A DNA stretch of 64,000 bases from Eledone cirrhosa (lineage: Eukaryota), in contig OZ024743.1 in assembly GCA_964016885.1 (NCBI GenBank), positions 289,602,001-289,666,000 of the forward strand, in the 5' to 3' direction. The position numbers and the translations under genes are program-made. Below, piece after piece: positions 1 to 14,902 of the stretch (positions are counted from its first letter, which is position 1; each line of letters begins with the position of its first letter). The notes under the pieces are model-generated. The model worked only from the letters and a program-made list of their open reading frames with translations, made no database searches and was not told where the DNA came from.

Positions 1-126
1 TCTTTTAATTCCTGTTGTCCTCTTTCTTATTTTTCTTTCTCCCTCCAATTATTTTGATCCTTAATTGTAAAGAGTATTAGATACATTTCCTTGTCTCTCA
101 TACTAAATTTACGGACGTTTGAATTG

Positions 127-190
<64 letters not shown>

Positions 191-279
191 TAACAGATTA
201 AAATTTAAGCAAAGTATCACTGCTTTCACCCTTAAGGGTGAATCTTTAATCTGTTATTTTAATAAATATTTTCTCTACG

Positions 280-315
<36 letters not shown>

Positions 316-574
316 CCTTATCGAGCCCGCTTTGGATTTTAGTCTTCACATTTGTTATTATCTATCTCCGGATGGTATAGACGTTCTTCACATTGGCTCC
401 GCGAGTATTGGAGATATTACGTGTTAACAGTGAGTGTTTGTCTGTATTCTTGCGTTATTGTGTTAATTAACCCTCTTGCCTGGGTCTTCGGACATTAGGG
501 TTTATTTATTTCACCGCTTTTGGGGTGACATTTTTCATTCTAAAAATCTTGTAATTGTCTCTACGTTAGTGGTA

Positions 575-2523
575 ATGGAAGCCATTACCACAGGTAACGA
601 TGACACGCCCACTAAACAAACTGAAGGAGTGCGGGTAACGGAGACAACAAGCCTCCCTACTGAAAGAATAATGATTATTAGAAACATTGAAAAAATGGAG
701 CCTAACCCTAATGAAAAAAATGTGAATAAAATTGACTCGGAGAAATTGCCAACATTAATGGATGCCGTTTCGACTTTTCACGGTGCCACGCCCACCAGCA
801 AAGGTGAAAGAGAACTAGTAGCTGTAACTCCGAGTCTCTCGGATACTGAAAATATAAATGAACATTTTGAAAAAATGGAGTCTAACCCCAACGGGGAAAA
901 AATGTGAACTCATACACCAACATAAATAACACAAACACAACAAAAAAAATGAAAATTGTAACAACAAAAAACAAGAAAACCACATTTCGACAAATGTAAA
1001 CAGAGAGAGGAGGGGGGCGGGGGGACAAAATGACGTTCGCGCAAAGAATAAAAAAAACTATCGTGTACGAACCTACTGACATTTCGAACATGGCCCAGCA
1101 AATGGAAAATGCACGGAAGTATATAACTTTGGAGGACAATGGTCTATTTTCTTTAAATTCTCCCTCAGAGCTAAAAAAGGAAAATAGCTTATAAACTATT
1201 ATTTATAGGACAATATCAAACAAAACCCGTAAGCCAGTACAACTCACACAGACCGGGATTGAACTGGCGTTAAAAGATCATCTGAAAAACATTGTATTTA
1301 TTCGGAAGGATAGACTCTACGGTAATCTATCCATCCGAATGAAAGATAAATTGACGGCCGAAATAGATTCCCTGGCCCCAATTGTGTCCCCCTTATTTAT
1401 CTTCTTCCCCACTTATTTGGGAAGAAAAACACAAAGATTGACCATACACAGTATCGATCCAGATATTGATTTCTGGGCGGTACTGTGTGGCCTCCTCAAC
1501 TGGAAAGAGGATGCAGTAATTTCGGTAGGTAAGTCTTCCAGCAACGTGTTCGGTGGAACAAACCTGCAAGTTCTGGTGCAAATGCAGCCAGAACGAATTG
1601 CTAGGATCCCCGTCCGCATATTGCTGGATGGGCTTGCCTACTTACACATCACAGTGGAGGGTAGACGACCCGCTTGTTACCTCTGTGGTGGCAGGGGTCA
1701 CCTGAGGGCTGCCTGTTCCCAAGCAAACAAAAAAAAACACCGATTTTGCCCACACCAACAACTACAACTCTAACAACACAACCTCCACCACCACCACAAA
1801 AACAGGTAACACCACAAGGTAAAACACAACTGAAAACAATCCCCCCCCCCACATACACACAGAAAACAAATACAATAACACCCACACCACAAACACGAGC
1901 CGAAAATGAACCCCTCTCCTCGAATACGAAAGACGACCCCTTTTCGTCGTCAGACGTGGGGGGGAGGGGGACACTTTCATAAAGTAAAAAAAAAAAAAGA
2001 AAACACATCACAGGAACACAAATACAAACAACTCCTCCCCAAGCCATAACACAGACATCAACACAAAAAAAACACACAACAACAGCAAACAAAAAACATC
2101 ACGCAAAAAGAAAAATTTGCATATACCTACATAAGTACAATAAATAAAAAAACTGTTAAACGTTATTTATGATAACAACTTAATAAACACCGAAGGTTCA
2201 AATTTCGCACAAGCAAGGGGGCTTCGCCATCTAAAAATGATAAAAGCCCCAATCGACATTTACAAATCATTAAAAGACACTTTAAAGAGGACATGCCCCC
2301 CCCCCTGCGTCAGACCCATTAACCGTGTCCTCCTAAAAAATCCCCCCCCATCCACCCACACAACTCCAAACACGCCAACCCCACCACACACTGATGCCCA
2401 TACACTTCCACAAACCACCACCCCACCCAACAACCCATCCTCCACCTCAATTGTGCGGCCCCGTCCCGGGACGCAAGGAGGTAAGTGCCTTTTCTCTTTA
2501 CCACCAACATGGTTGTGCTGAGA
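575..2523 (+). pseudogene. LINE A ORF1 (gag-like, zinc knuckle), frameshifted
   Basis: ORF 1339-1773 has ITVEGRRPACYLCGGRGHLRAAC (CX2CX4HX4C), homologous to ORF1 of copies B and C, plus a Pro/Thr-rich tail. Confidence 0.8.
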
Positions 2524-5500
2524 ATAGGTTGTCTAAATGCGCGTGGCCTGGGCTCACCTTGGAAGCAAGCAAAGCTTCTAAATGACCTCAGGTCACGATG
2601 TATAAATGTGATGGCTATTTGCGAGGCACGGATCAGCAGCGTGCGACAGCTGGCCCCCACCTTTGATGACTTTGAGATGCATGCATCTCTCTGTCAGCCC
2701 GGAGGTGGGGTGGGGTTGTCGTTCTGCTGCAAAAACATCTGGGTTTCGCTACACAGACGGTACACTTGGACCCGGAGTGTCGACTAGTGGTTCTGGACAT
2801 TGGCAGTGGTGAAGGCGGAGCTTTTAGGCTGGTCGCCGTCTACGGCCCTTTTGTGTCAACGCGGCCGGACTTCTTCCATCATCTGGAGACTTTTCTAGGG
2901 ACGTCCCGCTCCTTGCTTTTAGTGGGGGACTGGAATGGTATCCTAGATGCACGTTGGGACTATGTAGGGGCATGTCTATGTAGGGGTTGTAACAGCCTCA
3001 AGGGGTTAATCGGCCGATTCGACCTGGCCGATAGATATCGACTAGATTTTCCGACTGTGCCAACTTGGACTTGGAGAAACCATAGCGGTCAATCTAGATC
3101 GTACCTAGATAGGTTCTTATTTAGAAATAAGGATAGGGACTTTTTAAGTTGTCCAAAAATGCTCATGGTTAACCTTGATAGAACGCATAGACAGGGACCC
3201 GGTTACTGGAAGCTCAACTTGTCCTTACCCGCAAGTAAAGCTTACAGGAACCGGATTAGTACATTAGTTAAGGAGCGGTTGACGGGCGCCATCGTCAACA
3301 GCAGGTGGTGGGGCTCTCTCAAAAGAGAGATTAGAGTAGCTTCAATAGGAGTTAGTAAGGAGTTAGCCTCAGATAGAAATAGGAAGGAAAGGGAGTTGGT
3401 AAATAGTGTAGAAGAGGCATTTAGAAGCGGCGACGTAGCCAGAGTGCTAGCGTCGAGAACGGCCTTGGGCCAGTTCTTCGACGCTAAATACGAAGGCTGC
3501 GTTGTCCGAAGCAAAATACGTGCTCTGGGAAACGAGGGGACCAAAGCTGGGCCCGCGTGACAGAAGCCAAAAGTGGGACTAGATCCACTATCCGGTATTT
3601 GCGAGACCAGGATGGACGGGTGATCCTTGAACCTAAGCGAGGCATTTCAAAGGCACTTTGCCCGATTGTTCGGAAGGGACGAGGGGCCGGATGGGGATGT
3701 GGACCTCGGTCCATACCTCGACGGCCTGCCGCGTCTTTCGGACGAGGAGGCGAAGTCCTGCGAGAGGCCGATCTCAGCTGCTGAAATAGGGGACGTGCTG
3801 AGCCAATGCGGCAGACGCAAATCTCCGGGCTTCGATGGTCTTCCATACGGACTGTATTTAAGTATGACGAACTTGTTCTTCGATCTCCTCGAAGCAGTCT
3901 ACTAAAACTGGCAACAGAACGGGAGAATTCCCTGTTCTGTGACCAAGGGCGTAGTCTCGCTAGTGAGGAAGGACGAGAATAAGGGGGATGAAATAAGTAA
4001 CTTTAGGCCCATAACATTGCTAAATGCAAAGTTAAAGATTTTGGCCAAGGTGTTAGCAAAGAGGTTGGCGCTTGTCGTGGGCAACCTGGTGGGAGATGCG
4101 CCGACATGCGCCATCCCGTCCAGATCCATTCATGACAACCTCCATCTCGTACGATACATCATAGAGAGGGTTTGGAACAAACCCGGCTTTGGTGGGGCCC
4201 TGATCAACTTGGATCAATCTAAGGCGTTCGATAGGGTCGACCATGGTTACCTGGATGCGGTGCTAGTCGCGGAAGGTTTCGGACCCGTTTTCAGGGGCTG
4301 GATCACTGCCATGCACAGCAGCCGCATCTGCTCTAGGGTCAAGGTGAACGGCTACCTCTCGGAGCCGTTCGAAATTACGCGGTCCATCCGATAGGTATGC
4401 CCTCTCTCCTCCCTTCTGTATGTATTGGCCCTAGAGCCACTGCTGCGGAAGTTGGAGTTGTTACATGGCATCCCTTTGGAACCGGGATTGCGGAAAGCGG
4501 TGTCGGCCTACGCCGATGACGTGACAGTAATGGTGTCAACCGCCTTGGAAATCGGAGTGATCGGCACCTTACTGGAGGAATACGAAACGTTTACAGGGGC
4601 TAAGCTGAACTGGGACAAGTCAGTTGGTTTGCAACTCGGCGAGTGGAGGGCAAACCGATGGCCTCCCTCGGACGTTGAACGGAGGGCCCGGTGAAGTTGC
4701 TCGGGGTCTGGTTCGGGCCAGACCTCCAGGTGGAGAAGAACTGGGGTGAGGTATCGAACAGGGTGTTTGCGCTGACGCGGAAGTGGGCTGAGTGCAAACT
4801 ATCCCTCAAAGGTCGGGTGGAGGTGGCGAACGCTTATATAGCGTCCGTCATCTATTACCGCCTAACCGTCGTGCCTTACCCAAGGGAAACGCTCAACAAA
4901 ATGGAGCGCGCACTCTTCTAATTCCTTTGGAAGAAGCGGGCTCCTTTGGTGAGGAGATCCATCTGTTGTCAACACCCTTCGAAAGGAGGGCTGGGGATGC
5001 CGTGGCTGCTGATGCGTAAACACACATTAAGGCTACGGCACCTCCAGGTATTCCTTACTGGTCAACCGGTGTGGGCCCCGTTTGTGAGCCTAGCCTTTCC
5101 GAGACTCATCTCACTCACCGAGCTGCAGTCCTGGGTCAAGCAAAGACCGAGAAAAATGGGCGCCTGGCACACCGAGTGTGCCCAGGCGCTCCAGGCTCTC
5201 TGGCAGGCTGACCCGACTATCGGTGTAGACCCCACCTCGTCATTCTATAGAGGGCTGGTGTTAGTAGCTGCGATGAAGCCATCGGACAAGCCCTAGGCAT
5301 GGAGGAAGACGAACTGGCCAGCCTATTCGGGAGGACATTTGGCCCGGGACCTATGGACAACTTCCAGAGGTCCCTGGCCTGGCCGTGCTACCGAGGGGCG
5401 CTGTCCGTTCGAGAAAAGCTCTACAGACACGGGCGCCCGGGTAGGGACCCCTCGAAAAAACTATGTCCCAGATGCGTGCGCGACGAAGAAACCGTTGGGC

Positions 5501-5843
5501 ACGCATTGGTACACTGACCGGGCGTTGCCGATCTGTGGGGCTATGTCGAACTACTGCTGTCACGGGTGGGACCAATCCCGTTGACCACTGAGTCCATTGT
5601 AACGATCAAGCCGCCTCCCCCTTCAAAAATGAAGGAGAGGCGGTCTTCCTCTGTGTAATAGCCATGGTGAAAGAGGTGGCATGGTGGATACGTTTGAAAG
5701 GGCTGAGGCCGGGCACCTTTCTCTCCGGCCAACAACTGGTCCTTTTCTTTAAATACCATTTAAAGAGAAGGATCAGAATGGAGAGAGAGGTGCTCTACCC
5801 CAGCAAGTTTTATGAAAGGTGGGTGAAAGTAGCGAGAATGTAG
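2509..5843 (+). pseudogene. LINE A ORF2 (APE endonuclease-reverse transcriptase), multiple stops/frameshifts
   Basis: LNARGL, VGDWNG, SYLDR, GPGYWKLN, KSPGFDGLP, NFRPITLLN, DQSKAFDRVDH, AYADD, GGLGMP, CPRC..ETVGHALVH, ERWVKVARM*. Confidence 0.93.
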
Positions 5844-6065
5844 GTGGAAATGTGGAAGTGCAAAGGAGCACCCCTCTCTGTGCTCCTAAGGAAAAGGGTT
5901 GCACACTTTTTCGGGCGTGTGTGTAACTCCCAAAACGCCTTCTCCCTATTGAGGACTGTATTGTTAATTTTATATTTGTTATTTGTTTTTATTCGTTCCT
6001 TTATGTAAACTCCCCCCTTGTATTTGTCCCCTTCCTTTGTGCCCTCGTGGCAAATAAATAGAAAC

Positions 6066-6066
<1 letters not shown>

Positions 6067-6129
<63 letters not shown>
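6067..6129. repeat. (TC)n microsatellite at LINE A 3' end
   Basis: Direct read. Confidence 0.95.
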
Positions 6130-6130
<1 letters not shown>

Positions 6131-6513
6131 GATAGATAGATAGATATATAAGCTATATATAAAAATAAGTGTTTAGCTAATATAAAAATAAGTGTTTAGC
6201 TAATATAAGCCTTCCGTTTCATGTAAAAAATGTACATTGTTACATATTTATCTATTAAACGGAATGTCAAAAGAAATGTCTAACTTGGTCTCTTTCTTTT
6301 CTCCCTCCTTCCAGTGTATAGTTAACGATTTCCTCGTTAAAAGCCAATGCTTTAGTTTTCAAATATACATTTTATTATTGATAATATATATATTTAAGTA
6401 CAGCAAATACAAAGTAATAATCTGATGAAAATTTATATGCAGTACATCTAGGTTATTCGTCATTGAGTGTATTAACCTGTTGACAATAGTTGAACATGTA
6501 GAATCCTATAAGC

Positions 6514-6564
<51 letters not shown>

Positions 6565-6914
6565 ATACACACACACATCCACACACACATACATACAGAC
6601 ATACAGGCATGCATGCATGCATGCATATATATATATATATACACATATATTCCAAAATGAACTAAAACGCAAGTATTAGCCATCAGAGAAGATTTTACTT
6701 GCTTTCTTATTTTCTTACTTCCGTGTATCTTTCTATTTCTTCTCTCTCCCTCTTTCTATCTTCCGAGGAGGGACTATTGTCCAAAACGCTGAGACTATTT
6801 TCCTAATATATCATATATTAAACTAATATATATCATCAATATACTGTATTGTCATGCCAAAGGTAGTGAAATGTTGCGAGAAGTGGTTAAAGGAATAAAT
6901 ATTTTCGGTGACAG

Positions 6915-7121
6915 GATACTAGCTGCAAACCTGACGATTTGAAGATGCTCGGTAAATTCGTACACCAGTCGGCGGCCTTTTTGGTCGATGTAGATGGCAA
7001 TACACCCCAAGTACTGGAGCCCATTGTCGAGGCTCGTAAGAGTTCTGTAGAAATGTTCCCTGCTTTGGAAAGTACGACATTGGAGTGCAGTCAGCGTAAT
7101 GATGATGGTGATAATGAAATG
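6915..7121 (+). CDS. Candidate internal exon of an unidentified host gene (69 codons, phase 0-0)
   Basis: Acceptor ttttcggtgacAG, open frame DTSCKPDDLKMLGKFVHQSAAFLVDVDGNTPQVLEPIVEARKSSVEMFPALESTTLECSQRNDDGDNEM, donor GTaggc. Higher GC and complexity than flanks. No family recognised. Confidence 0.5.
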
Positions 7122-8167
7122 GTAGGCATATTAGCGGGTACGGGAACAGGGTTGAGATCGCTGAGAAAAGATTTGGGAGGGAAATATAAATGTGGGCAAG
7201 ACACATGCACATACATACACACAGAGATACATATATACATGTGTGTGTGTATTTTATTGTGGTTGTGTGTGTGATATCCTATAGGTAAATTACTTTAAAT
7301 TCGCTTCTGCCTTTATTTGTTTTGACTTAGCTGTCAGTACAGCAGGTGTTTGTGTTTGTGTTTGTGAGTGTTGGAAAATAAATGCTTTATTCATACGAGG
7401 GATAGATATATATCATTGTGGCATTCCAGCCAATATTTGTGTAGGTTACTTAACAATGACAATTTGATTATTGATATGCACGATTTGGGATGTCGCAGTG
7501 TAGAATGTTTTGGCTTAAGTATTGCTGGTTTAAAGGCAATTAAAGTCATTAAGTCGTGTTTGGAAATATACTGTAAATGCTGGTTGATAAATGATGTACG
7601 TCATATTTGCTGTCGCGGCTTCGTGTTAGACGGAAAGGGAATTGTTTGTACAATAAGCAGTGTGTGGGAAGAACAGAAAAGCTGGTAGCAGTGTCATACA
7701 TATGAACATTGTTAAACTTAAAATCAGAGGCATCATTTACTATAACAAACAAACCACATATCAAACATGCGAGAGAACATGTGCTTTGTCACTCGGACTG
7801 TTCAAATAAAGATGAAATCCCTCTTTTAAACCATACCTTTCAGTCTTAGAGAAAGCTCGAAAGAGAGAACTGAGTATTTTAGTACACTCAATTGTAAAAC
7901 AAAATTAAATTTATTTTTATGTACAAGAAATTACAAACCTGAATGTTGCCGAATAGGTATCAGATGGCCAGTTTAATTTACAAAATTGTATTTACAAATA
8001 GAAGTAGTAAGCTTCATAAATTTAATAGTTACATTGGATTTATTAGGCACCACTTTCATACCAAATGAACATGAATTAATAAGAATGAACCAATGTAACA
8101 TGCATTATTACACAGAACAAACGCTTTTATAGAGACAAATTACTGAATAATACAACTCTATTATACA

Positions 8168-8349
8168 GAGGTGGTTTGGCAGTATCGTTAGAGCCTCAGA
8201 CACCATGCTTTGCAGCATACTTATGGCTCTTGGCATTCTGAGTTCAAATCCGCCGAAGTTAATTTTGCCTTTCATCCTTACGAGGTCGATAAAATAAAGT
8301 ACATGTGGTGCACTGTGGTAATCGCTGGCCTTGTGCCAAAAGTAGAAAC
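8168..8349 (+). mobile_element. tRNA-derived SINE
   Basis: A-box-like TGGCAGTATCGTTAG, B-box GAGTTCAAATCC, core TTTGCCTTTCATCC..GGTCGATAAAATAAAGTAC, 3' TGGCCTTGTGCCA..GAAAC. Flanked by AACTCTATTATACA. Confidence 0.85.
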
Positions 8350-8364
8350 TCTATTATACATAAT

Positions 8365-8550
8365 TGTTTCTACTATTGGCACAAGGCCAGAAATTACCCA
8401 GTACATTACTGTTACTTTATTTTATCGACCCCGTAAGGATGAAAGGCAAAGTTAACCTCGGCGGGATTTGAACTCAGAATGGCAAGGGACGTAACTCTAT
8501 GCGTCAAACATGGCGTCCGACCCTCTACCGATACTGCCAATCCACCGCCC
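8365..8550 (-). mobile_element. tRNA-derived SINE, same family, opposite orientation
   Basis: Reverse complement shows the same A/B boxes, core and tail. 18-bp TSD AACTCTATTATACATAAT at 8347-8364 and 8551-8568. Confidence 0.88.
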
Positions 8551-9835
8551 AACTCTATTATACATAATGCTCATGTAACGTATTCTAGAAAGTGTGTCAT
8601 GAATTTAAGCCTAAATATGCTGTAAATCTAAACAAATCTACAGCTCAACTTAGCGATATTCTTATCATCACACATCATGGCAAAATTATTTTCTCAACAA
8701 TGCAAGAAATCTGATGCCAACGATTAAACCTCACTCTAAAAAAAAAAATCCCCCCCAAAAAAACGAAAAAACAAAACAAAAAACGAATCAAATAATAAAC
8801 AAACAACAACAATATATTCGATACCCCTAGATACAGAATCAGAACAAAAGTAACTATTGACAGTAAAATCATATTTTCCAGAAGATAATAACGGGAAAGT
8901 TTTAAAACAACGATGGATCTTCAAAATTTATTGTTGTCTATAATACATAAAAGGACAACCACGGAAATATGAATAGATTATAAAGTTGGTACATCCCCGT
9001 GTTTTCAGTAGTACATGAATAGAATAAAATCTTTTCCACATGAGATACACATTGATCAATATATTTTTCTCTCTTTCTCCCCCTCTCTCTCCCTATATAT
9101 ATATATATATATATTTATATATGTTACTCTCGATTTTTCTCTCATTCCCTGTTTGTCGCCCATCTCTCTCCTCTCTCTACATAATTATACTCCATTTTAA
9201 CGACAAGTAGGTTTTCCGTTCACTTTATTGCATAGCGATACATGTTGCACATGCTTGATGAAGAAGGTTTACATATAGCACATCAATACTTCTTGTAGAG
9301 TGCATTTATTCGCCACTATAAGAGTTCAGAACATTACGCATTGCGTTTGTTCCGATTGTTGGAATGTACGGTGAAAGGCAAGATGATCTGTAGGATGTTG
9401 CTTGTTTCTAACTTTCATTGGTTAGAAGACGTCAAGTTGTGAGTTCCAGAACCATGCATTAGTTTGCTTGAAGTATCAAGTGCTTATTGATACCTTATTG
9501 ATACCTTGTTAGCATAGATCAATTTCAGAGTATCAAGTAGAGATTGCGTTTGTGTATACATCGTTTGTAATTGCATTTGTAAATCTGTTAGAATATTTAT
9601 TATCTTATTTGTGATTAAACAAATGTCTGCAGCTAAAAGAAATGTCTGCAGCTAAACCTTTGTCCCCTGTTTGAAATACCATTTCTTTTGTTGATTGTCA
9701 TAGTTCTGGGATTAAGGTGAACTATGTTCCTAATAAACAACTTATATCTTAGTGATACACACGTATCAGCAAGTCTCTCTTGATATGTATACGAATGTGT
9801 GTGGGAGAAATAAAAAAGAAGGAGCAGAGATAAAG

Positions 9836-9845
9836 AGATAGAGGG

Positions 9846-9920
<75 letters not shown>
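9836..9920. repeat. (GATA)n-(GA)n microsatellite
   Basis: Direct read. Confidence 0.95.
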
Positions 9921-9923
<3 letters not shown>

Positions 9924-10386
9924 AAATAGTGTGTGTGATCTGTGCGTGCAAGTGCACATTATTCTGCCAAAACTTTCTTTAGTTAATTGTAAACAATCAA
10001 CATAAGTTGCTAGAATACACTAATTCACACAATTTCACTTATCTCGCAGGAATGCTACGGATCTCGTAAAATAAGAATAGCAGAACTTTCATATTAATTA
10101 ATCACGGGCTAATGTACATAATTTTCATTCTAATTTTTTATTCTCTTTGGCCTATCTTTAAGCTATTTGGCCTCATGTTATCTTTGACCGAGTAATCTTA
10201 GATAAAAGAAATTCCAGCCATATTTTGAACATGACACGTTGAAACAAATAAATATTTGACGGTTCGGAAATGTGTACCCTTCGTCGGAATGAAAACAAAG
10301 AATGTAGAGATGAGAGAGTGACAGAGAGAGAAAGAGAGAGACGAGGTAATCGAATTGCCTTTACAAAAAAAATACATATTTGATGT

Positions 10387-10420
<34 letters not shown>

Positions 10421-12576
10421 GTATATATATATATACATACGTTTTGGGCAGCGTAAACTGTAGAAACACGACTCGATCTGATATATATGTTATAGATGTG
10501 AAGCTATAGAAGGTACAAGAGCTTTGATGAGTGTTTTTCAAAGACAAGAGTTTCGTGTCACCTCTCTCAAGACATCGCAACATATTTAACCCAATCACAG
10601 TCGCATTGATCTTAACCGTATCATTCGCGATCTACATTCTGTCATATATCGTCCAAATGTTTATATGACGAAAACATATCCTCTCTTGTCCAAACAAATC
10701 CTACCTTGACAATCTTATAAAATTATCAATTGGTGTCACATTAACCATTCTATCATTAGTCACATTTTCCTATAACCAGATTCTCCATGTTGTATGTGAG
10801 TTTTTTTAAATTAAAACGCCAGTAATTCGGCTTCAAATGTAAGAACACTGAGAGGAGATAAATGTCTATCTTAATATCTATTTAGTAATATTGATCTTAG
10901 CGACATATAAATTATTGCCGTGGTGTATGCCAATTAATGGGTGGGCTTTACATATGGCATGTTCCGATTTTTCAATTCTTTTTTTCCAAATCAATATCTT
11001 CTGGAAAAAAACAACGTTCCAAAATTCACAAGTCAATTAACGTTTTGAGACCTCCAGAGTAATATATTTCAAATACAAATCTTTTGCATAAAAATGATCA
11101 TGATAGTTCGTATTGTTCACTTGCTCTGCAGATGATTCAAAGTGAGTAGGAGTAAAATCATGGACGTGGGATTGAAATATTATGCAGTGTTTAAAGTCTG
11201 AAAGCTTTTTCAAAAATTAATTTTAGGTAGGCTGTATCTGTATGTTAATTTTTGGTTTATATTGTAACATTAGTTAAGCTTCCATAGTTAGTGTCCTCCT
11301 TTTATGTAAGATTTTACAACGAATTACTGTATTATACATGCATATAAAGAAATGCATAAAAATACATCCAGACACTCTCAGACACATCCAAATACTTTTT
11401 CATAAATACACCACCCACCACACGCTCACACACACAGAACCCCCCCCCCCATACACATAATATATATATATATATATAGTGAAAAATGGAACGGTAACAA
11501 AACAGAGAGGGCGTGTGTAATATCAACTTTCCAACTCCCTGCTATAGATCTACCTATCTTTATTTCCTGCAATCTAAACTTTCCCGTATGCATATGTACT
11601 TCTTCGCTATCTATTTGTGCACCTAGTTTTGTCACTATGCAAACACACACATAAACACGCACACACGCCCGCACATACACACGTTAGCACAGCTCGTTTT
11701 TCTCAGCGGATGACTCATGCCAAAAGTCCAGGAACACGATAGAAGAAAATATAGCAAAGGTTTAATTTCCTGCAGCTAGCAACGTAAGATATGCGCGCGT
11801 GTTCCTGCAGTCTTGTCCACGCCTGTGTGGATTTCTGCACATGTATCTATGTGTTTAGGTGAGTATTTGTCTGGCTGACAGTTTTGTATATATGAGTGTT
11901 TATGAAAATAGTTGTATGATGTACCGTTGTATGTATTATTTAAGTGTACATGTGCATGTCTTATTTTATAATAGCCTGTCTTATGTTACTGTCTTCTTCT
12001 GTATGTCATGCATTGCATACAACTTTCTAATTTATCGCGAGGCCTTTACTAGTTTATCCCACATTGAGTTATTATATATCTGAGAGAAAATTAGATCTAT
12101 ATATTACGACACACACACAACACACACCATTGTATGTTCGAGTGCGTGAAGGTATATGATTGTATATGCATGTGTGTTTTACATTTATATAAAATAAGGA
12201 TATGCCAACATATGTATTTATACAACGTACGCACACATCGACGTAAATATATATTGTATGTAAATGTATATAGAGAAATATGTTTGTGTATATGTATTGT
12301 GCGCATGCGGTAATTACACAACAGATGTATATCATATATTATGTTTGGGAACAGGCCTAATATGTATGTGTAAAAACGTACTCTCGCACATATGTATGTA
12401 TATACTTTTCATTTATGAAACCACCTAATCTAATCTAATCTCGATAGATTTATACCAATCTACTGCCCAAGTATCACACTCACACGTAGGCAAATATACA
12501 CACATAGAATGCCTACACAAGCACGCACAAGCACGCACATATACATATATATACAAGTACTACACAAGCACGCACA

Positions 12577-12604
12577 TATACATATATATATATATATATA
12601 TATA

Positions 12605-12648
<44 letters not shown>

Positions 12649-12702
12649 TATATATATAGATATATATATAATCATATAAATATATATATATATATATATA
12701 TG

Positions 12703-12746
<44 letters not shown>

Positions 12747-12766
12747 TATATATATATATATATATG

Positions 12767-12814
<48 letters not shown>

Positions 12815-13005
12815 TATATATATATATATATATGATTATATATATATATATATATATATGATTATATATATATATATATATGTTTATATATATATATATG
12901 TGATTATATATATATATATATATATATATGTGATTATATATATATATATATATGATTATATATATATATATATATGATTATATATATACATATATATATA
13001 TATAT

Positions 13006-13040
<35 letters not shown>

Positions 13041-13269
13041 GATTATATATATATATATATGATTATATATATACATATATATATATATATATGATTATAT
13101 ATATACATATATATATATGTATATATATGATTATATATATACATATATATATATATATGATTATATATATACATATATATATATGTATATATATGATTAT
13201 ATATATACATATATATATATGTATATATATGATTATATATATACTTATATATATATGTATATATATGAT

Positions 13270-13342
<73 letters not shown>

Positions 13343-13377
13343 GATTATATATATACATATATATATATATATATGAT

Positions 13378-13408
<31 letters not shown>

Positions 13409-13431
13409 GATTATATATATATATATATGAT

Positions 13432-13477
<46 letters not shown>

Positions 13478-13540
13478 TATATATATATACATCTATATAT
13501 ATGATTATATATATATATATATAAATATATACATATATAT
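12577..13540. repeat. Complex (TA)n array punctuated by GAT and CA units
   Basis: About 950 bp of TATATATGATTATATATATACA-type units. Confidence 0.95.
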
Positions 13541-14375
13541 GTCTGTATATGTGCGCGTTTGTGTGTGTGTAAGCATTCTATGTGTGTGTGTGTTAGTTGG
13601 GTAGTATCTATATAATGCATATCTCTTCTATATGTATGTATGTGAGACTGTGTTTGCAAATATGTTTGCGAATTTAATATTTATCATTTTTCCCTGAAGC
13701 CTAAGTTTCTGTACCAATGGAACTTTCTACACAAACGTAAATATACAGTACTTCATTAGGCTCGTGTGTGTATGCATATAAGTATATATATATATATATA
13801 TATATAGTTCCATATATATAAATATATGTATTATGTACATGATTATGTGTGTCTTTCTTTGTATCTATTGTATATGTGTTGTACCTTACGCGCAATAAAT
13901 AACTTGTTTCCTTAAAGGTTTGTGTGAAAATGCACAGAATCCGTTATCTGTGTGTATCTATGGATGTAATGAGAAAACTACATACATATTAGTGAATCCT
14001 CTTTCACACTCTCATAGAAACACACATAACCACTTATATATTTTCTGTAATTCTTACACGAACATGCGCGTTCGTAATTCATACCCGATGCGCGTTTGGA
14101 CGCACGGAATCTATTGATCGGCTCAGTGCAATTCTCGTGGACAGTGAGAGATTTAGATAGAGAAAGATTTGGGGGTGATGGAGACACACTTTCATACTTA
14201 GAGACGTAATACCATAGACATATACACCCAAATATACACTCAAACGCGCCAGAGAGAAAGGCAGATAATCATAGATCTTTACACACATGCGCATGCAAAT
14301 ACACGTGGGCACCAAGAGAGAAAAAATTAGTGTATATGTATATGAGCTAATACAACATATATGTTTATATATATA

Positions 14376-14511
<136 letters not shown>

Positions 14512-14865
14512 TAAATGTATACACATACGCATTCATGAACATGCAATCATAGGCACACAAATATTTTCAACAGGCAAGGCAAGATATAACATACTCATTC
14601 TTTATTAGTAATATTCGCCTGTTTTCCATTCTGTCTTTTATGTCTACGCACTAAACCTGCTGCCGCAGAATGAATCATCATCCCTGTGATTATTGGCTCG
14701 ATTCCATAGGAATTTTCGCTATATTGGGATTAAGTTATTGCCTGCTCATTACGACGCTGGTTTTGATATAAAAGCGACATTGCGACATAATTTACCGGAA
14801 ACGGAAATCATATTAGAATACAATTTATTTGGTCTTTTTGCACTCTTTACCACCACCATCATCAA

Positions 14866-14902
<37 letters not shown>

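Larger units (their letters stand above)
390..6065 (+). mobile_element. L1/Tx1-clade non-LTR retrotransposon, copy A (near full length, disrupted)
   Basis: ORF1 with CCHC knuckle, then ORF2 fragments with APE, RT and a C-terminal Cys/His motif. 3' UTR ends AATAAA (6053-6058)-TAGAAAC followed by (TC)n. 5' boundary approximate. Confidence 0.9.

Noticed and set aside
6760-6800. CCGAGGAG-GGAC..GTCC-AAAAC hammerhead relic
   Set aside because: Both core boxes are mutated and there is no stem I, so it is too decayed to call.
7368-7764. Overlapping 106-aa (+) and 71-aa (-) ORFs as host exons
   Set aside because: No recognisable motif or clear splice boundaries.
8168-8260. Functional tRNA gene
   Set aside because: The A/B boxes continue into a SINE core and tail with TSDs, and no cloverleaf is evident.
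13043-13504. ORFs of IYIY/HTHT/CVCV type here and at 14079-14560, 34886-35119, 50577-52426, 55726-56097 and 59862-60446
   Set aside because: Translations of dinucleotide microsatellites.
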